Below are positions 1 to 10,077 of a stretch of DNA of 64,000 bases, one piece after another. A program made the translations under genes and the position numbers. Position 1 is the first letter of the stretch. Every line of letters starts with the position of its first letter. The stretch is from Thermoanaerobaculia bacterium (lineage in GTDB: Bacteria; Acidobacteriota; Thermoanaerobaculia; UBA5066), in NCBI GenBank assembly GCA_963719225.1, contig CAVRAY010000002.1, forward strand, positions 736,001 to 800,000, given 5' to 3'. Under the pieces are notes generated by a model, which saw only the letters and a program-made list of their open reading frames with translations, had not been told where the DNA came from and did not search any database.

Positions 1-454
1 GGGCGATGTCCTCGATCGAGCGCTGGCCGTCGGTCTTCGTGACGACCTTCCACTCGAGCGGCGTCAGCGTGACGGGTCCCGTCAAGCCGTCGCGGGACAC
101 GAGCAGGGGGACGGAGTCCGTCGCGGGGATCTTGCGCGACAGGATCTTCCACTCGTCACTGCGTCGCGCGGCCTCGAGAAGGAGGTTCGTGTTCGAGCGC
201 GTGATGGAGTGCGCGTCGCTCTCGACGCCCGGAGAGAACTGGAAGGTCCCCTGGTTCCAGAGGGCGAGCGCGTAGATCGCGTCGTCCCCTTCGATCTCTC
301 CGACCTTCGCGTGCGTGATCTGGCCGTTCTGGAGGTAGACGTATCCCTTCTCGGACGCACGCGTCAGCGAGAACATGCCCGTCTTGCCCGAAACCGCGAC
401 CAGCTGGACGATGTCGGCGAGGGGCAGCTCGTTCAGTGAACCTTGAAACGACAT
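1..454 (-). CDS. DUF4388 (PatA-N-like) domain protein, 3' end runs off the window
   Basis: Read by hand; not in the ORF track because it is truncated. ATG at 454 gives MSFQGSLNELPLADIVQLVAVSGKTG...VYLQNGQITHA...W.QGTFQF...LLLEAARRSDEW, the typical DUF4388 signature. Confidence 0.85.
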   Translation of the reverse strand, partial: MSFQGSLNELPLADIVQLVAVSGKTGMFSLTRASEKGYVYLQNGQITHAKVGEIEGDDAIYALALWNQGTFQFSPGVESDAHSITRSNTNLLLEAARRSDEWKILSRKIPATDSVPLLVSRDGLTGPVTLTPLEWKVVTKTDGQRSIEDIA

Positions 455-505
455 CAGATGCCGCCGGGACGATAGCAGCCGGGGGCCGTCGCGCTCAACA
501 CGCGC

Positions 506-1036
506 TCAGCCCGCGGGCCGGCGCACGACGATTCGCGCGGCCACCGTGAGCGCCTCGGGGGCGCGCGTGGCGCCGCGCCGGGCGACGACGAAGCCGTGCG
601 CGAGGGCCGCGGCCGCCGCGTCGGCGGCGTCCAGTGCGAGGCGCTTGCCGAGGAGAGCCGTCACCATGCGCCGCACCTGCTCCTTCTCGGCGGCGCCGGA
701 GCCGGCGACGGCGCGCTTGATCTCGGCCGGTGTGATCTCGGCGGCGGCGAGCCCGGCTTCGACGAGCGCGAGGAGAAGGACGCCGCGCGCTTCCCCGAGG
801 GCGATGAGGCTCTGTGCGTTGACGCCCGCGAAGACGCGCTCCACGACGGCGGCCTGCGGGGCCTCGCGCGCCACGATCTCGCCCATCGCGCGGTGCAGGT
901 ATGCGAGGCGCTCGGCGAAGGTGAGCGACGCGGGGGGCCGGAGCACGCCGGCCGCGGCGAGGCGCGGCGCCGCGGCGAAGTCCACGACGGCCCACCCGGC
1001 CGCGCGGCTCCCCGGGTCGACGCCGAGTATCTTCAC
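506..1036 (-). CDS. ruvC: Holliday junction resolvase RuvC
   Basis: ILGVDPGS, VVERVF, LGEARGV, P.EIKRAVAG.G.A.KEQV, DAADA motifs; lies directly downstream of yebC as usual. Confidence 0.93.
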   Translation of the reverse strand: MKILGVDPGSRAAGWAVVDFAAAPRLAAAGVLRPPASLTFAERLAYLHRAMGEIVAREAPQAAVVERVFAGVNAQSLIALGEARGVLLLALVEAGLAAAEITPAEIKRAVAGSGAAEKEQVRRMVTALLGKRLALDAADAAAAALAHGFVVARRGATRAPEALTVAARIVVRRPAG

Positions 1037-1776
1037 GCTTCCTGGAGATATTTCTCGTCGATGTCGCCGTTCGACCAGACTTTCTGCACGTCCTCGTTGT
1101 CCTCGACCATCTCGAGGAGCTTGAGGAGCGCGGGGCCCTTGTCGGCCACGTCGATGGTGCTCTGGGGGACCATCTGGACCTCGGCGGCGTGCACGGGGAT
1201 GTTCTTCGCCTCGATCGCGCTCTTCACGGCCTCGAACGACGCCGGGTCCGTGAGGATCTCGAAGAGCTCCGTATCCTCGGTCTTGAGGTCCTCGGCGCCG
1301 GACTCGAGCGCGAGCTCCATGAGGACGTCTTCCTTGGTGGCGCTCTTCTCGACGGCGATGACGCCCTTCTTCGTGAACTGGAACGCCACGGCTCCGGCCA
1401 CCGCCATGTTGCCGCCGTACTTCGCGAGGAGGTGGCGGATCTCCGAGGCCGTCCGGTTCTTGTTGTCCGTCATGACCTCGATCAGGAGCGCGGCGCCGCC
1501 TGGGCCGTAGCCCTCATACGTGATCTCCTCGTACGTGACGCCTTCGAGTTCGCCCGTGCCACGCTTGATCGCCCGGTCGATGTTGTCCGACGGCATCGAC
1601 GCCTTCTTCGCGGCGAGGACCGCCGATCGCAGGCGGGGATTGGACTCGACGAGACCGCCTCCGACCCGGGCGGACATCGTGATTTCCTTGATCAGCTTCG
1701 TGAAGAGGTTCCCGCGCTTGGCGTCGGCGGCGCCCTTCTTGTGCTTGATCGTGCTCCACTTGCTGTGTCCGGACAT
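1033..1776 (-). CDS. yebC: YebC/PmpR family protein
   Basis: MSGHSKWSTIKHKKG, NPRLR, YEGYGPGG, TDNKNRT motifs; own ATG at 1776 with GAGGTGAGG upstream. Confidence 0.95.
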   Translation of the reverse strand: MSGHSKWSTIKHKKGAADAKRGNLFTKLIKEITMSARVGGGLVESNPRLRSAVLAAKKASMPSDNIDRAIKRGTGELEGVTYEEITYEGYGPGGAALLIEVMTDNKNRTASEIRHLLAKYGGNMAVAGAVAFQFTKKGVIAVEKSATKEDVLMELALESGAEDLKTEDTELFEILTDPASFEAVKSAIEAKNIPVHAAEVQMVPQSTIDVADKGPALLKLLEMVEDNEDVQKVWSNGDIDEKYLQEA

Positions 1777-1852
1777 GGCCTCACCTCTGGCGTGATGGAA
1801 CCCGCGGCGCACGCAAAGCCACGGCGGGACGGGCTCTTCGGGGCCGCAAAGT

Positions 1853-3186
1853 CTAGCAGGGATGCGCCTCGAGGTCGCCGGAGCCTCCGGCCCCCGACGC
1901 GACCAGCCGCACGCGGAGCCGGCGGCCGGGAAGCGCGTCGGCGGGGGGAGGCGCAGGCCGACGTCGAGGTAGTGGTCCGTGAGCCCGCGCCCGCCCGCGA
2001 GCGTCACGAGGTCGGCGACCGTCCCTGCGGCGCGAGCGGCGAACGCGCGCGCCTTCGCGTCGCCGAGGCGCCGGAGCACCCGCGTCCTCTCCGTGACGGC
2101 GCCCGCCGGCACGGGCGAGACGCGCTGCCACGCCGCGGCGTCCGTCCCGGCGCGCGGAGAGAACGGAAAGACGTGGAGGGACGCGAACGGCAGCTCCTCG
2201 ACGAGCCGCAGGGTCTCCTCGAACTCGGCGTCGGTCTCGCCCGGGAATCCGGCAATGAGGTCCGTCGCGAGGTGAAGGCGCGGGTTCGCGGCCGCCGCCG
2301 CGAACGCGAGCGCGCGGTAACGCGACGGGACGATCCCGCGGCGCATTCGCTTCAGGACCGCCTGCGAGCCCGACTGGAGCGGCAGGTGGAGGTGCGGGAC
2401 GACGACGCGGGAGGCCGCGACCCGGACGGCGAGCTCCTCTCCCGCCTCCATCGGCTCGAGAGAAGAGAGCCGTACCCGGCATTGCGGGGCATCCCGCTCG
2501 AGGTCGTCGAGGAGATCGAGCAGGCCGCCGCCCTCGCCGCCGTCGAACGCCGCGAGGTGGATTCCCGTGAGGACGACCTCGGGAACGCCGCTCGCGCCGA
2601 GCCGGCGCACGGCGTCCGCGACGTCTCCGCGCGGGGCGCTGCGCTCGCCGCCCCTGAGCGAAGGGACGATGCAGAACGCGCACCGTCTCCGGCAGCCGTC
2701 CTGGATCTTCAGGAACGCCCGGGTCCTCCCGGCGTCGAGGAGGGCGGAGGCGGCCCGGCCGCGCGCGGGCATCGCGAAGAGCGCGGCCGCCCGGGTCCCG
2801 TCGGCGCGCGCGACCTTGCCCGTCAGGAGACCCGCGTCGCGGGCGTCGAGAAGCGCGGCAAGATCGCCGCGCGCGGCGAGCGGCACGACGAGATCCACCT
2901 CGTCGAGGGCGGCGAGCGCGTCCGCGGCTCCCTCGGCGAGGCAGCCCGACACGACGAGCGTCGCCTCCGGACTCTCGCGCCGGAGCCGGCGGAGGGCGCG
3001 TCTCCCGTCGCGCAGCGCCCGCTCCGTGACGGCGCAGCCGTGGACGAGGACGACGTCGGCTTCCGCGGCCGTGGCCGCGCGCGTGAACGGCGCGGACGTC
3101 GCCACCGCGTCGACGCGGCTCACCTTGCACCCGAGAGTCTCGGTGAAGAACCGCCGCGCGCGGGGATTCGTTGACACGCCCGGCAT
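1853..3186 (-). CDS. mtaB: tRNA methylthiotransferase MtaB (radical SAM, MiaB-like); frameshift near 1945
   Basis: TLGCKV, HGCAVT and SGCLA N-terminal cysteines; RAFLKIQDGCRRRCAFC; LSSLEP, HLHLPLQSG, DLIAGFPGET, LHVFPFSPR. The natural C-terminus is in the other frame (stop at 1853) after a G-run. Confidence 0.88.
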
Positions 3187-3212
3187 GCGGGCGATAATAG
3201 ATTTTTCGAATA

Positions 3213-6200
3213 ATGAAATTCCTCCTGATCGAGTACGAGCCTCGCTACCTCGACCGGATCCGCGGCTTTCTCCTGACCCAGCCCGACGTCGAGCTCGTGG
3301 CGGCGCGCGACGGCGAGGAGGGGCTCGAGGCATACCGCCGCGCGCGCCCGGATCTCGTGCTCGTGTCGTCCGTGCTTCCGAAGATGCGGACGCCGGACGT
3401 CATCAAGGGGATGCAGGCGCTTGGGCCGACCCCGCCGATCCTCCTCATGATGTCGGGCTACAAGGGGCGCAACAAGCGCTCGGACGCGCAGCGAGTCGGC
3501 GCGACGAGCATTCTCGAGAAGCCCTTCACGGAGGAGGTCTTCCAGGCCGAGGTCGCGATGGCGCTCGGCCTGCGCCCCGTCCTCGAGACAGGCCCCGTCC
3601 CGGGCCCGCCGAGCAACCCGGGCGGGCCGCTCCTCTCGGCGGACGATATCTTCTCGGACGTTCTGACCGGTCTCGGAGAGGGCGGTTCGAACGACGCAAT
3701 GCCGTCGCCGGTCGTCACGACTCCCTCGGCCCCCCGCAGCTCATCCGCGACGCATCCTGCGTTCGTCGCGCCCCTGGTGCCGCCCGCCCGGCCGGCGCCG
3801 GACCCGAGCATGCAGAAGCGCCTCGAGCAGACCCTCTCGGGCCTCATGCCGACCCCGCGAAAGCCCGCGCCGCCTCCGTTCCCGGCCGCGAACGAGCCGC
3901 TCCGGCCGGCGTCCGGCGAGCGGCCGTCGCGCGTGAACGTCGAGCAGGCGCTCGGCGCGCTCGCGCACCCGGCCGCCGCGCCCGCCCGCTCTCCGAGCGC
4001 CGAGACTTCCGCGAAGGCGTCCGTCGAAAAGCTCCTGCAGGACACGCTCTCGGGCCTGATCCCCGTCGCGAAGCCGCGGCCGAAGGAGACCTCGAGGGAG
4101 GTCTCCGGCGAGACGCTCCGGCTGAAGACGCCCGTCTCGGAGCCGCCGGCGCCCACGCCCCGCCCCGCGTCCTCGCCGGCGCTCGCACCCGCCGCGCTGG
4201 CGCCGCCGCGGCCCGTGGCCGCGCCGCCGCCAGCCGCAACGGGGCGCGCGTCGGCGCCGCGCGTCTCGCCGACACCCGGCCAGTTCGGCCGCTACCAGCT
4301 CCTCGAGAAGATCGGCTCGGGCGGCATGGCGGAGGTCTTCAAAGCCCGGATGCGCGGCGAGGAGGGCTTCGAGAAGATCGTCGCGATCAAGCGGATCGTC
4401 CCGCACATGGCCGCGAACGAGGCCTTCATCACGATGTTCGTGGACGAGGCGAAGCTGGCGGCGCAGCTCAACCACAACAACATCACGCACATCTACGACC
4501 TCGGCAAGGTCGAGGCGTGGCACTACATCGCGATGGAGTTCGTGGAGGGCAAGGACCTCCGCACGCTCCTGAAGCTCGGCAAGGAGAGGTCGTACCCGCT
4601 GCCCGCGGAGCTCGCGCTCTTCATCGCGGCCAAGATCGCGAACGCGCTCGACTACGCGCATCGGCGGCCGGCCGCCGACGGAACGGAGCTGAATCTCGTC
4701 CACCGCGACGTCTCGCCGCAGAACATCCTGATCAGCTACGAAGGGGACATCAAGCTCTGCGACTTCGGGATCGCGAAGGCCGCGAGCAAGGTTTCGACGA
4801 CGATCTCGGGCGCGCTCAAGGGCAAGCTCCAGTACATGTCCCCCGAACAGGCCTGGGGCAAGCGCGTGGACCGGCGGAGCGACATCTTCTCCCTCGGCGC
4901 CGTCCTCCACGAGATGCTCACGGGCGCGCCGCTCTTCGAGGGCGACACGGACATGTCGATCCTCGAGCGCGTCCGCGAAGGCGAGGTCGAGCCCCCGTCC
5001 CGGCGCGGCGTCGAAGTCTCCAAGCGCGTCGACCAGATCGTTCTGAAGGCTCTCGCGAAGAACCCGCAGGAGCGTTACCAGAACGCGTCCGAGATGGAGA
5101 AGGACCTCCATGCGGTCCTCTACGCGTTCCAGCCGTCCCCGGGTCCCGCGGACGTCGCGATCTACGTGCACCGCCTCCTCGAGGCGCCCGAGTCGTCTCC
5201 GACCGGGGACGAGATCGACGCCGCGTTCGACGCGGCGCGCGACCTGGTGCCCGCGCCCGCCGCGCCGCCCGCGCTTCCGAGGAAAGGCAAGGGCCTCCTG
5301 ATCCAGCAGACGGGCGAGCTGAAGGCCCCGCCGTCGGCGCCGTCCCCGCCCCCGCGCGAAGCCGCGCCGATTTCGCGCCGCGAGACGCCGCGCGCAGCCG
5401 CCGAGGCCGCCGCGTCGATCCCCGCGGTGGGCGAGTCGAAGCGAAGCCGGACGGGCCTCTACGCCGGAATCGGCCTCGCGGCGGCGGCGCTCGTCGCCGC
5501 CGCCCTCTTCGTCACGAAGGACCGGTGGTCGGCGCCGAAGGCCGCCCCCACCGCGCCCACCCCGCAGACGGGCAGCGCTGCGCCGGCCCCGACGGCGGCG
5601 GCCGCGCCCGTGCCCACGGCGGAGCCCCCGAAGGTCGTGGATCCAAAGGCCGTCGAGGCGGAGGCCCGCCGACTCACCGCCGAACGGGAGAAAGCCGCGC
5701 GGGAAGCCGCGGGCAAACAGGCGGCCGCGGGCAAGACCGGCGCGGCGCCCGGGCCTGTGGTCCTGACGCTGCAGCCCGCGAAGACGGCCGGCGAGGCTCC
5801 GAAGGAGATCGCCGCGAAGCCTCCCGAACCCCTGCCCGTCGCGGCGCCGCCCGTCGTTGCGACCGCCGTTCCAAAGCCCACGCCCGTCGCCGCCGCGCCG
5901 GCGCCGACGGAGGTCTCGGTCGCCGAGAGCGCGCCGCCGGTGCCGCCGTCCTCGGCGGCGCCCGTGAAGGAGGGCGATCTCGTCGGCCCCGGAGAGGGAG
6001 TCGTCGAGCCGCAGCTCGTGCGCCTCGGGGCGACGCACGGCATGCCGCCGCAAGCGCGACAGGTCTCGCGCGCGCCGGACGGGTCGATCGGAACGCCGAT
6101 CCTCATGGCGCTCGTCGACGAGAAGGGCGCCGTAGTCTCGACGCGCATCATCCGGCCCTCGTCGTACAAGTTCGTGGACGAGGCGGCCATCCGCGCCCTG

Positions 6201-6284
6201 AAGGGTGCGACAATCCGGCCGGCGACCAAGGACGGCGTGAAGGTCAAGATGTGGAAGACCTTCCCGATCGAGGTCCGGCCCTGA
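3213..6284 (+). CDS. Pseudo-receiver + Hanks-type Ser/Thr kinase + TM helix + TonB C-terminal domain fusion
   Basis: N-terminal REC fold (FLLIEYE, PDLVLVS, ILEKPF); kinase motifs GSGGMAEV, VAIKRI, HRDVSPQN, DFG, YMSPEQ, DIFSLG; TM YAGIGLAAAALVAAALFV; Pro/Ala linker; TonB-C (VDEKGAV..DEAAIRA..PATKDGVKV). Confidence 0.88.
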   Translation: MKFLLIEYEPRYLDRIRGFLLTQPDVELVAARDGEEGLEAYRRARPDLVLVSSVLPKMRTPDVIKGMQALGPTPPILLMMSGYKGRNKRSDAQRVGATSILEKPFTEEVFQAEVAMALGLRPVLETGPVPGPPSNPGGPLLSADDIFSDVLTGLGEGGSNDAMPSPVVTTPSAPRSSSATHPAFVAPLVPPARPAPDPSMQKRLEQTLSGLMPTPRKPAPPPFPAANEPLRPASGERPSRVNVEQALGALAHPAAAPARSPSAETSAKASVEKLLQDTLSGLIPVAKPRPKETSREVSGETLRLKTPVSEPPAPTPRPASSPALAPAALAPPRPVAAPPPAATGRASAPRVSPTPGQFGRYQLLEKIGSGGMAEVFKARMRGEEGFEKIVAIKRIVPHMAANEAFITMFVDEAKLAAQLNHNNITHIYDLGKVEAWHYIAMEFVEGKDLRTLLKLGKERSYPLPAELALFIAAKIANALDYAHRRPAADGTELNLVHRDVSPQNILISYEGDIKLCDFGIAKAASKVSTTISGALKGKLQYMSPEQAWGKRVDRRSDIFSLGAVLHEMLTGAPLFEGDTDMSILERVREGEVEPPSRRGVEVSKRVDQIVLKALAKNPQERYQNASEMEKDLHAVLYAFQPSPGPADVAIYVHRLLEAPESSPTGDEIDAAFDAARDLVPAPAAPPALPRKGKGLLIQQTGELKAPPSAPSPPPREAAPISRRETPRAAAEAAASIPAVGESKRSRTGLYAGIGLAAAALVAAALFVTKDRWSAPKAAPTAPTPQTGSAAPAPTAAAAPVPTAEPPKVVDPKAVEAEARRLTAEREKAAREAAGKQAAAGKTGAAPGPVVLTLQPAKTAGEAPKEIAAKPPEPLPVAAPPVVATAVPKPTPVAAAPAPTEVSVAESAPPVPPSSAAPVKEGDLVGPGEGVVEPQLVRLGATHGMPPQARQVSRAPDGSIGTPILMALVDEKGAVVSTRIIRPSSYKFVDEAAIRALKGATIRPATKDGVKVKMWKTFPIEVRP

Positions 6285-6309
6285 AAATCGTCCGTTGCAG
6301 GAGTTGCGC

Positions 6310-6531
6310 ATGAGCCTTTCCGAGGAGCAGAAGAAGTTCTACGAGCACACGCGTGCGGTCACGAAGGCCGAGATCGACCAGCTCGAGGGCGACATCCAGG
6401 CCGAGCTCGCGAAGGTCAAGGAACGGCTCGCAGACCTTCAGAATTCGCAGAAGGCGGCGCGGCAGATGTACGCGGCGGCGTGCCTGAGGCTGGGCGTGCC
6501 GAACGATCTCGAGGAAGCCGAAGAATCCTGA
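6310..6531 (+). CDS. Small coiled-coil hypothetical protein
   Basis: MSLSEEQKKFYE...; heptad pattern and host-like codon usage; stop overlaps the next gene. Confidence 0.7.
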   Translation: MSLSEEQKKFYEHTRAVTKAEIDQLEGDIQAELAKVKERLADLQNSQKAARQMYAAACLRLGVPNDLEEAEES

Positions 6532-7349
6532 TCCCCCGGTCCTTCCTCGCGCTCGCCCTCCTCGCCACACCGGTTCCGACTCCTTCTCCGCCCCGGCGCA
6601 TCGTCGCGCTCGCACCCTCATCGGCTGAGATCCTGTTCGCGCTCGGCGCCGCGCCGCGCGTCGTCGGAGTGAGCGACTTCGCCCGCGACCTGCCCGGCGC
6701 CGCCGGCAAGACGCGCCTCGGGGGGTTTGCGCCGGACCTCGAGCGCGTCGTCGCGCTCGCCCCGGACCTCGTCGTCGTCTCGCGCGACGGCACCGACCGG
6801 GCCGCCTGGGAGAAACTCACGTCGATGGGGCTGAACGTGCTCGTGACCGGCGGGACGACTCTCGACGGCGTCCTCGAGGACGTCGCGCGCGTCGGCGCGG
6901 CGATCGGCGAGACGGCGAAGGCCGCCTCTCTCGTCGCGTCGCTGAAGAGGCGCATCGCGGCGGCCGAGGCGCGCGGGCGCGTGCACCGGGGCCGGACGGC
7001 CGTCGTCCTCGAGTGGCCCGACCCGCCCGTCGTCGCGGGGCGGGGCACGTTCGTGGGGGACGTGCTCGCGCGCGCCGGCTTCACGAATGCGGTCCCCGCC
7101 TCCGCCGGCGACTGGCCGCGTGTTTCTCTCGAGACTCTCGCCGCGTGGAACCCCGACCTCGTCGTGCGTCCCGCGACCGTGGAGAACGACGTCGCGTTCC
7201 GCGCCGCGCTCGGGGGCGGCGCGTTCCGGGTCGTGCCCGCCGTCCGCGAGGGGCGCGTCGCGACGCTGCCGGGCGACCTTCTCGAGCGGCCGGGCCCGCG
7301 TCTCGTGGACGCCCTCGAGAGGCTCGCGGCGCTCGGAAGCCCGCCGTGA
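6528..7349 (+). CDS. Periplasmic helical-backbone binding protein (BtuF/FecB family)
   Basis: RRIVALAPSSAEILFALG, VVGVSDF, PDLERVVALAPDLV, VSLE...NPD, RPGPRL; signal-like N-terminus. Start uncertain (CTG overlapping the upstream stop). Confidence 0.85.
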   Translation: MIPRSFLALALLATPVPTPSPPRRIVALAPSSAEILFALGAAPRVVGVSDFARDLPGAAGKTRLGGFAPDLERVVALAPDLVVVSRDGTDRAAWEKLTSMGLNVLVTGGTTLDGVLEDVARVGAAIGETAKAASLVASLKRRIAAAEARGRVHRGRTAVVLEWPDPPVVAGRGTFVGDVLARAGFTNAVPASAGDWPRVSLETLAAWNPDLVVRPATVENDVAFRAALGGGAFRVVPAVREGRVATLPGDLLERPGPRLVDALERLAALGSPP

Positions 7350-8359
7350 CGCCCGGCTCCGCCTCCACGCGGAGCGCGTGGGCGCCGGCCGCCGTCCTCG
7401 CCGCGGCGCTGCTCCTCGTCCTCGGCGGCTCCCTCGCCTTCGGGAGCGTCCACCTCTCTCCCGCGCAGGTCCTCGACGCGCTCTTCGGCTCCGGGGACGC
7501 GCGCGCCGTCACGATCGTGCGCGAGCTGCGGCTCCCCCGCGCGCTCCTCGGAGCGCTCGTGGGAGGCGCGCTGGCGGTCTCCGGCGCCGCGCTGCAGGCG
7601 CTTCTCGGCAACCCCCTGGCGGACCCGTACCTTCTCGGCGTTTCCGGGGGCGCCGCGTGCGGGACGCTCCTCGGCGCGCTCCTCGGCCTCGGGGTGCGGG
7701 GGGCGTGGGGAAGCTCCTTCGCGCTCCCGCTCGCGGGCTTTCTCGGGGCGCTCGTCGCGGTGGTCGTCGTCGGTGCCGGGGCCTCGGTCGGCGGGCGCCT
7801 CGACCGCGGGAGGCTCCTGCTGTCCGGAGTCGTCGTGAACGCGCTCGCCTCGGCGGTCCTCCTTTTCCTCCTCTCGTTCGGCGACGCGGCCCGCACGCAG
7901 TCCTTCGTTTTCTGGATGCTCGGCTCGCTCGCGGGCGCGACACCGGGCGCGGTGAAGGCCCTCGCCGTCTACGCGGCCGTCGGGCTCGCGCTCCTCCTCC
8001 CGCTCGCCCGCGCCTTCGACGCGCTCGCGCTCGGAGAGGAGACCGCGGCGACGCTCGGGATCCCCGTCGAGAACGTCAAGCGGGTCGCGTATCTCGCCGC
8101 CTCGCTCCTCGCGGCGGCGGCCGTCGCGACGACGGGGATCATCGGCTTCGTCGGCCTGCTCGTCCCGCACGCCGTGAGGCGCCTCGCGCGCGGGCACGTC
8201 GCGCTCCTCTCCCTTTCGTTCCTCGGGGGCGCCGTCCTTCTCGTCTCCGCCGACGCGCTCGCGCGGTCCCTGTTCGCGCCGGCCGAGATTTCGGTCGGGG
8301 CGGTCACGGCGCTCCTCGGGGCGCCCGCGTTCCTGATCCTCCTGAGGGCGCGACCGTGA
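7346..8359 (+). CDS. FecCD/BtuC family ABC permease
   Basis: LRLPRALL, LQALLGNPLADPYLLGVSGGA, GEETAATLG, GIIGFVGLLVPH, GAP motifs. Confidence 0.92.
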   Translation: MTPGSASTRSAWAPAAVLAAALLLVLGGSLAFGSVHLSPAQVLDALFGSGDARAVTIVRELRLPRALLGALVGGALAVSGAALQALLGNPLADPYLLGVSGGAACGTLLGALLGLGVRGAWGSSFALPLAGFLGALVAVVVVGAGASVGGRLDRGRLLLSGVVVNALASAVLLFLLSFGDAARTQSFVFWMLGSLAGATPGAVKALAVYAAVGLALLLPLARAFDALALGEETAATLGIPVENVKRVAYLAASLLAAAAVATTGIIGFVGLLVPHAVRRLARGHVALLSLSFLGGAVLLVSADALARSLFAPAEISVGAVTALLGAPAFLILLRARP

Positions 8360-9150
8360 CGGCGAACGACGCGCGTCTCGAGGCCCGCGCCCTCGCGGCC
8401 GGCTATGGCGCGCGGACCGTCCTCTCGGACGTCTCGCTCGCTCTCACGCGCGGGCGCGTCGCCGTTCTGCTCGGGGAAAACGGATCCGGCAAGTCGACGC
8501 TCCTCCGGGTCCTCGCGGGCGTCCTCGCGCCGCAGGCCGGTGCGGTCCTGCTCGACGGACGCAACCTCGCTTCGGTGCCGCGGCGCGAAGCGGCGCGCGC
8601 GATCGGCTACCTTCCCCAGGGGTTCGAGCCGCTTTTCCCGATTCGGGCGCGCGATCTCGTTCTTCTCGGCCGCACGCCGCACCTCGGAACGTTCGGCGCG
8701 CCGGGCGCCACGGACCGCGCCGCGGCCCAGAGCGCGCTCGCCGAGATGGACGGGGCGGCGCTCGCCCCCGAGGACCTTCGCGCGATGTCGGGGGGCGAGC
8801 GGCAGCGCGTGCTCCTCGCGCGCGTCCTCGCGGGGGAGCCGTCGGTTCTCCTCCTCGACGAGCCGACGGCCAATCTGGATCCGCGCCACCGGTTTCTCGT
8901 CCTCGACGCGATGCGCCGGCGCGCCGCCGCGGGCGGGGCGGTCCTCTTCTCGACGCACGAGCTCGACGTCGCCTCGCAGGGCGCGGACGATGCGGTGCTC
9001 CTCGCGGGCGGGCGCATCCTCGCTGCGGGCCCCGTCGCCACGACGCTCACGGACCGTCTCCTTTCCGAGCTCTTCGCCGTCGCGGCGCGCGTGAGCGCCG
9101 GTCCGGAAGGCAGGCCCCTCGTGTCGTTCGGTCCTCCTCCGGCGCGGTAA
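8356..9150 (+). CDS. ABC transporter ATPase (FecE/BtuD-like)
   Basis: GENGSGKS Walker A, MSGGERQRV signature, LLLDEPT Walker B, STHE. Confidence 0.92.
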   Translation: MTANDARLEARALAAGYGARTVLSDVSLALTRGRVAVLLGENGSGKSTLLRVLAGVLAPQAGAVLLDGRNLASVPRREAARAIGYLPQGFEPLFPIRARDLVLLGRTPHLGTFGAPGATDRAAAQSALAEMDGAALAPEDLRAMSGGERQRVLLARVLAGEPSVLLLDEPTANLDPRHRFLVLDAMRRRAAAGGAVLFSTHELDVASQGADDAVLLAGGRILAAGPVATTLTDRLLSELFAVAARVSAGPEGRPLVSFGPPPAR

Positions 9151-9166
9151 CATCCCTCCTTCACCC

Positions 9167-10012
9167 ATGTGGTTCCGCAAGGACAAGGGCCCGCGTGCCC
9201 CGCGCGACCCAAAGACCTCGGCCTCGCTCGGCGAGGGGCTGTTCCTCAAGTGCGAGGGCTGCCGCGAGACGCTCTACCTCAAGGAGCTCGAGCGGAACGT
9301 GCGGGTCTGCCCGAAGTGCGGCTTCCATTTCCGGATGCCGGCCGCGGAACGGATCAGGCTTCTTCTCGGCGAAGAGGCGTTGCCGCTCTTCGAAGGCGTG
9401 CGCCCCGGCGATCCGCTGAAGTTCAAGGACTCGAAGCGATACCGCGACCGACTCCGGGACTCCGAGGCAAGGACGGGGCGGCCGGACGCGATCCGGGCGG
9501 CGCGGGGCGACATCGACGGCGTCCCGGCGGTCGTCGCGGTGCTCGACTACGCGTTCATGGGCGGCTCGATGGGCTCGGTCGTCGGCGAGGTCCTCACGCG
9601 CTGCGCGGAGCTCGCGCTCGCGGATCGCAAGCCGCTCGTGATCGTGAGTGCCTCGGGCGGCGCGCGGATGCAGGAAGGCATCCTCTCTCTCATGCAGATG
9701 GGAAAGGTGTCCGCCGCTCTCGCGCGACTCGGGGCCGCGCGGATCCCGTACGTCTCCGTCCTCACGGATCCGACGACGGGCGGCGTCACGGCCTCGTTCG
9801 CGATGCTCGGCGACGTGAACGTGGCCGAGCCGAAGGCGCTCATCGGCTTCGCGGGCCCGCGCGTCATCGAGCAGACGATCCGCCAGACGCTGCCGGACGG
9901 CTTCCAGCGGAGCGAGTTCCTCCAGGACCACGGCTTCGTCGACCTCGTCGTCCCGCGGCCCGAGCTGCGCGCGACGCTCGCCAAAGTGCTGCGGCTGCTC
10001 CAGACGACGTGA
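9167..10012 (+). CDS. accD: Acetyl-CoA carboxylase carboxyltransferase beta subunit
   Basis: C4 zinc finger (KCEGC...VCPKC), FMGGSMGSVVGE, SGGARMQEG, PTTGGVTASFA, FAGPRVIEQT. Confidence 0.96.
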   Translation: MWFRKDKGPRAPRDPKTSASLGEGLFLKCEGCRETLYLKELERNVRVCPKCGFHFRMPAAERIRLLLGEEALPLFEGVRPGDPLKFKDSKRYRDRLRDSEARTGRPDAIRAARGDIDGVPAVVAVLDYAFMGGSMGSVVGEVLTRCAELALADRKPLVIVSASGGARMQEGILSLMQMGKVSAALARLGAARIPYVSVLTDPTTGGVTASFAMLGDVNVAEPKALIGFAGPRVIEQTIRQTLPDGFQRSEFLQDHGFVDLVVPRPELRATLAKVLRLLQTT

Positions 10013-10077
10013 TGGCCGAGTCCAGGGGACGAAGATTCGGATTCGGATTTTCTTAGAAGGTTGATGGGGCTCGGGAC

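Noticed and set aside
1795-1856. GCAAAGCCACGG resembling part of a c-di-GMP-I riboswitch
   Set aside because: It is antisense to yebC, and the first GNRA hairpin and the rest of the consensus are missing.
1033-3333. Apparent 766-aa MtaB-YebC fusion
   Set aside because: YebC has its own RBS and ATG, and MtaB has a natural end in another frame after a G-run. A single indel explains the fusion.
6284-6528. Cobalamin riboswitch before the Btu-like genes
   Set aside because: The space is occupied by a coding gene and no B12-box is visible, so the substrate stays unassigned.
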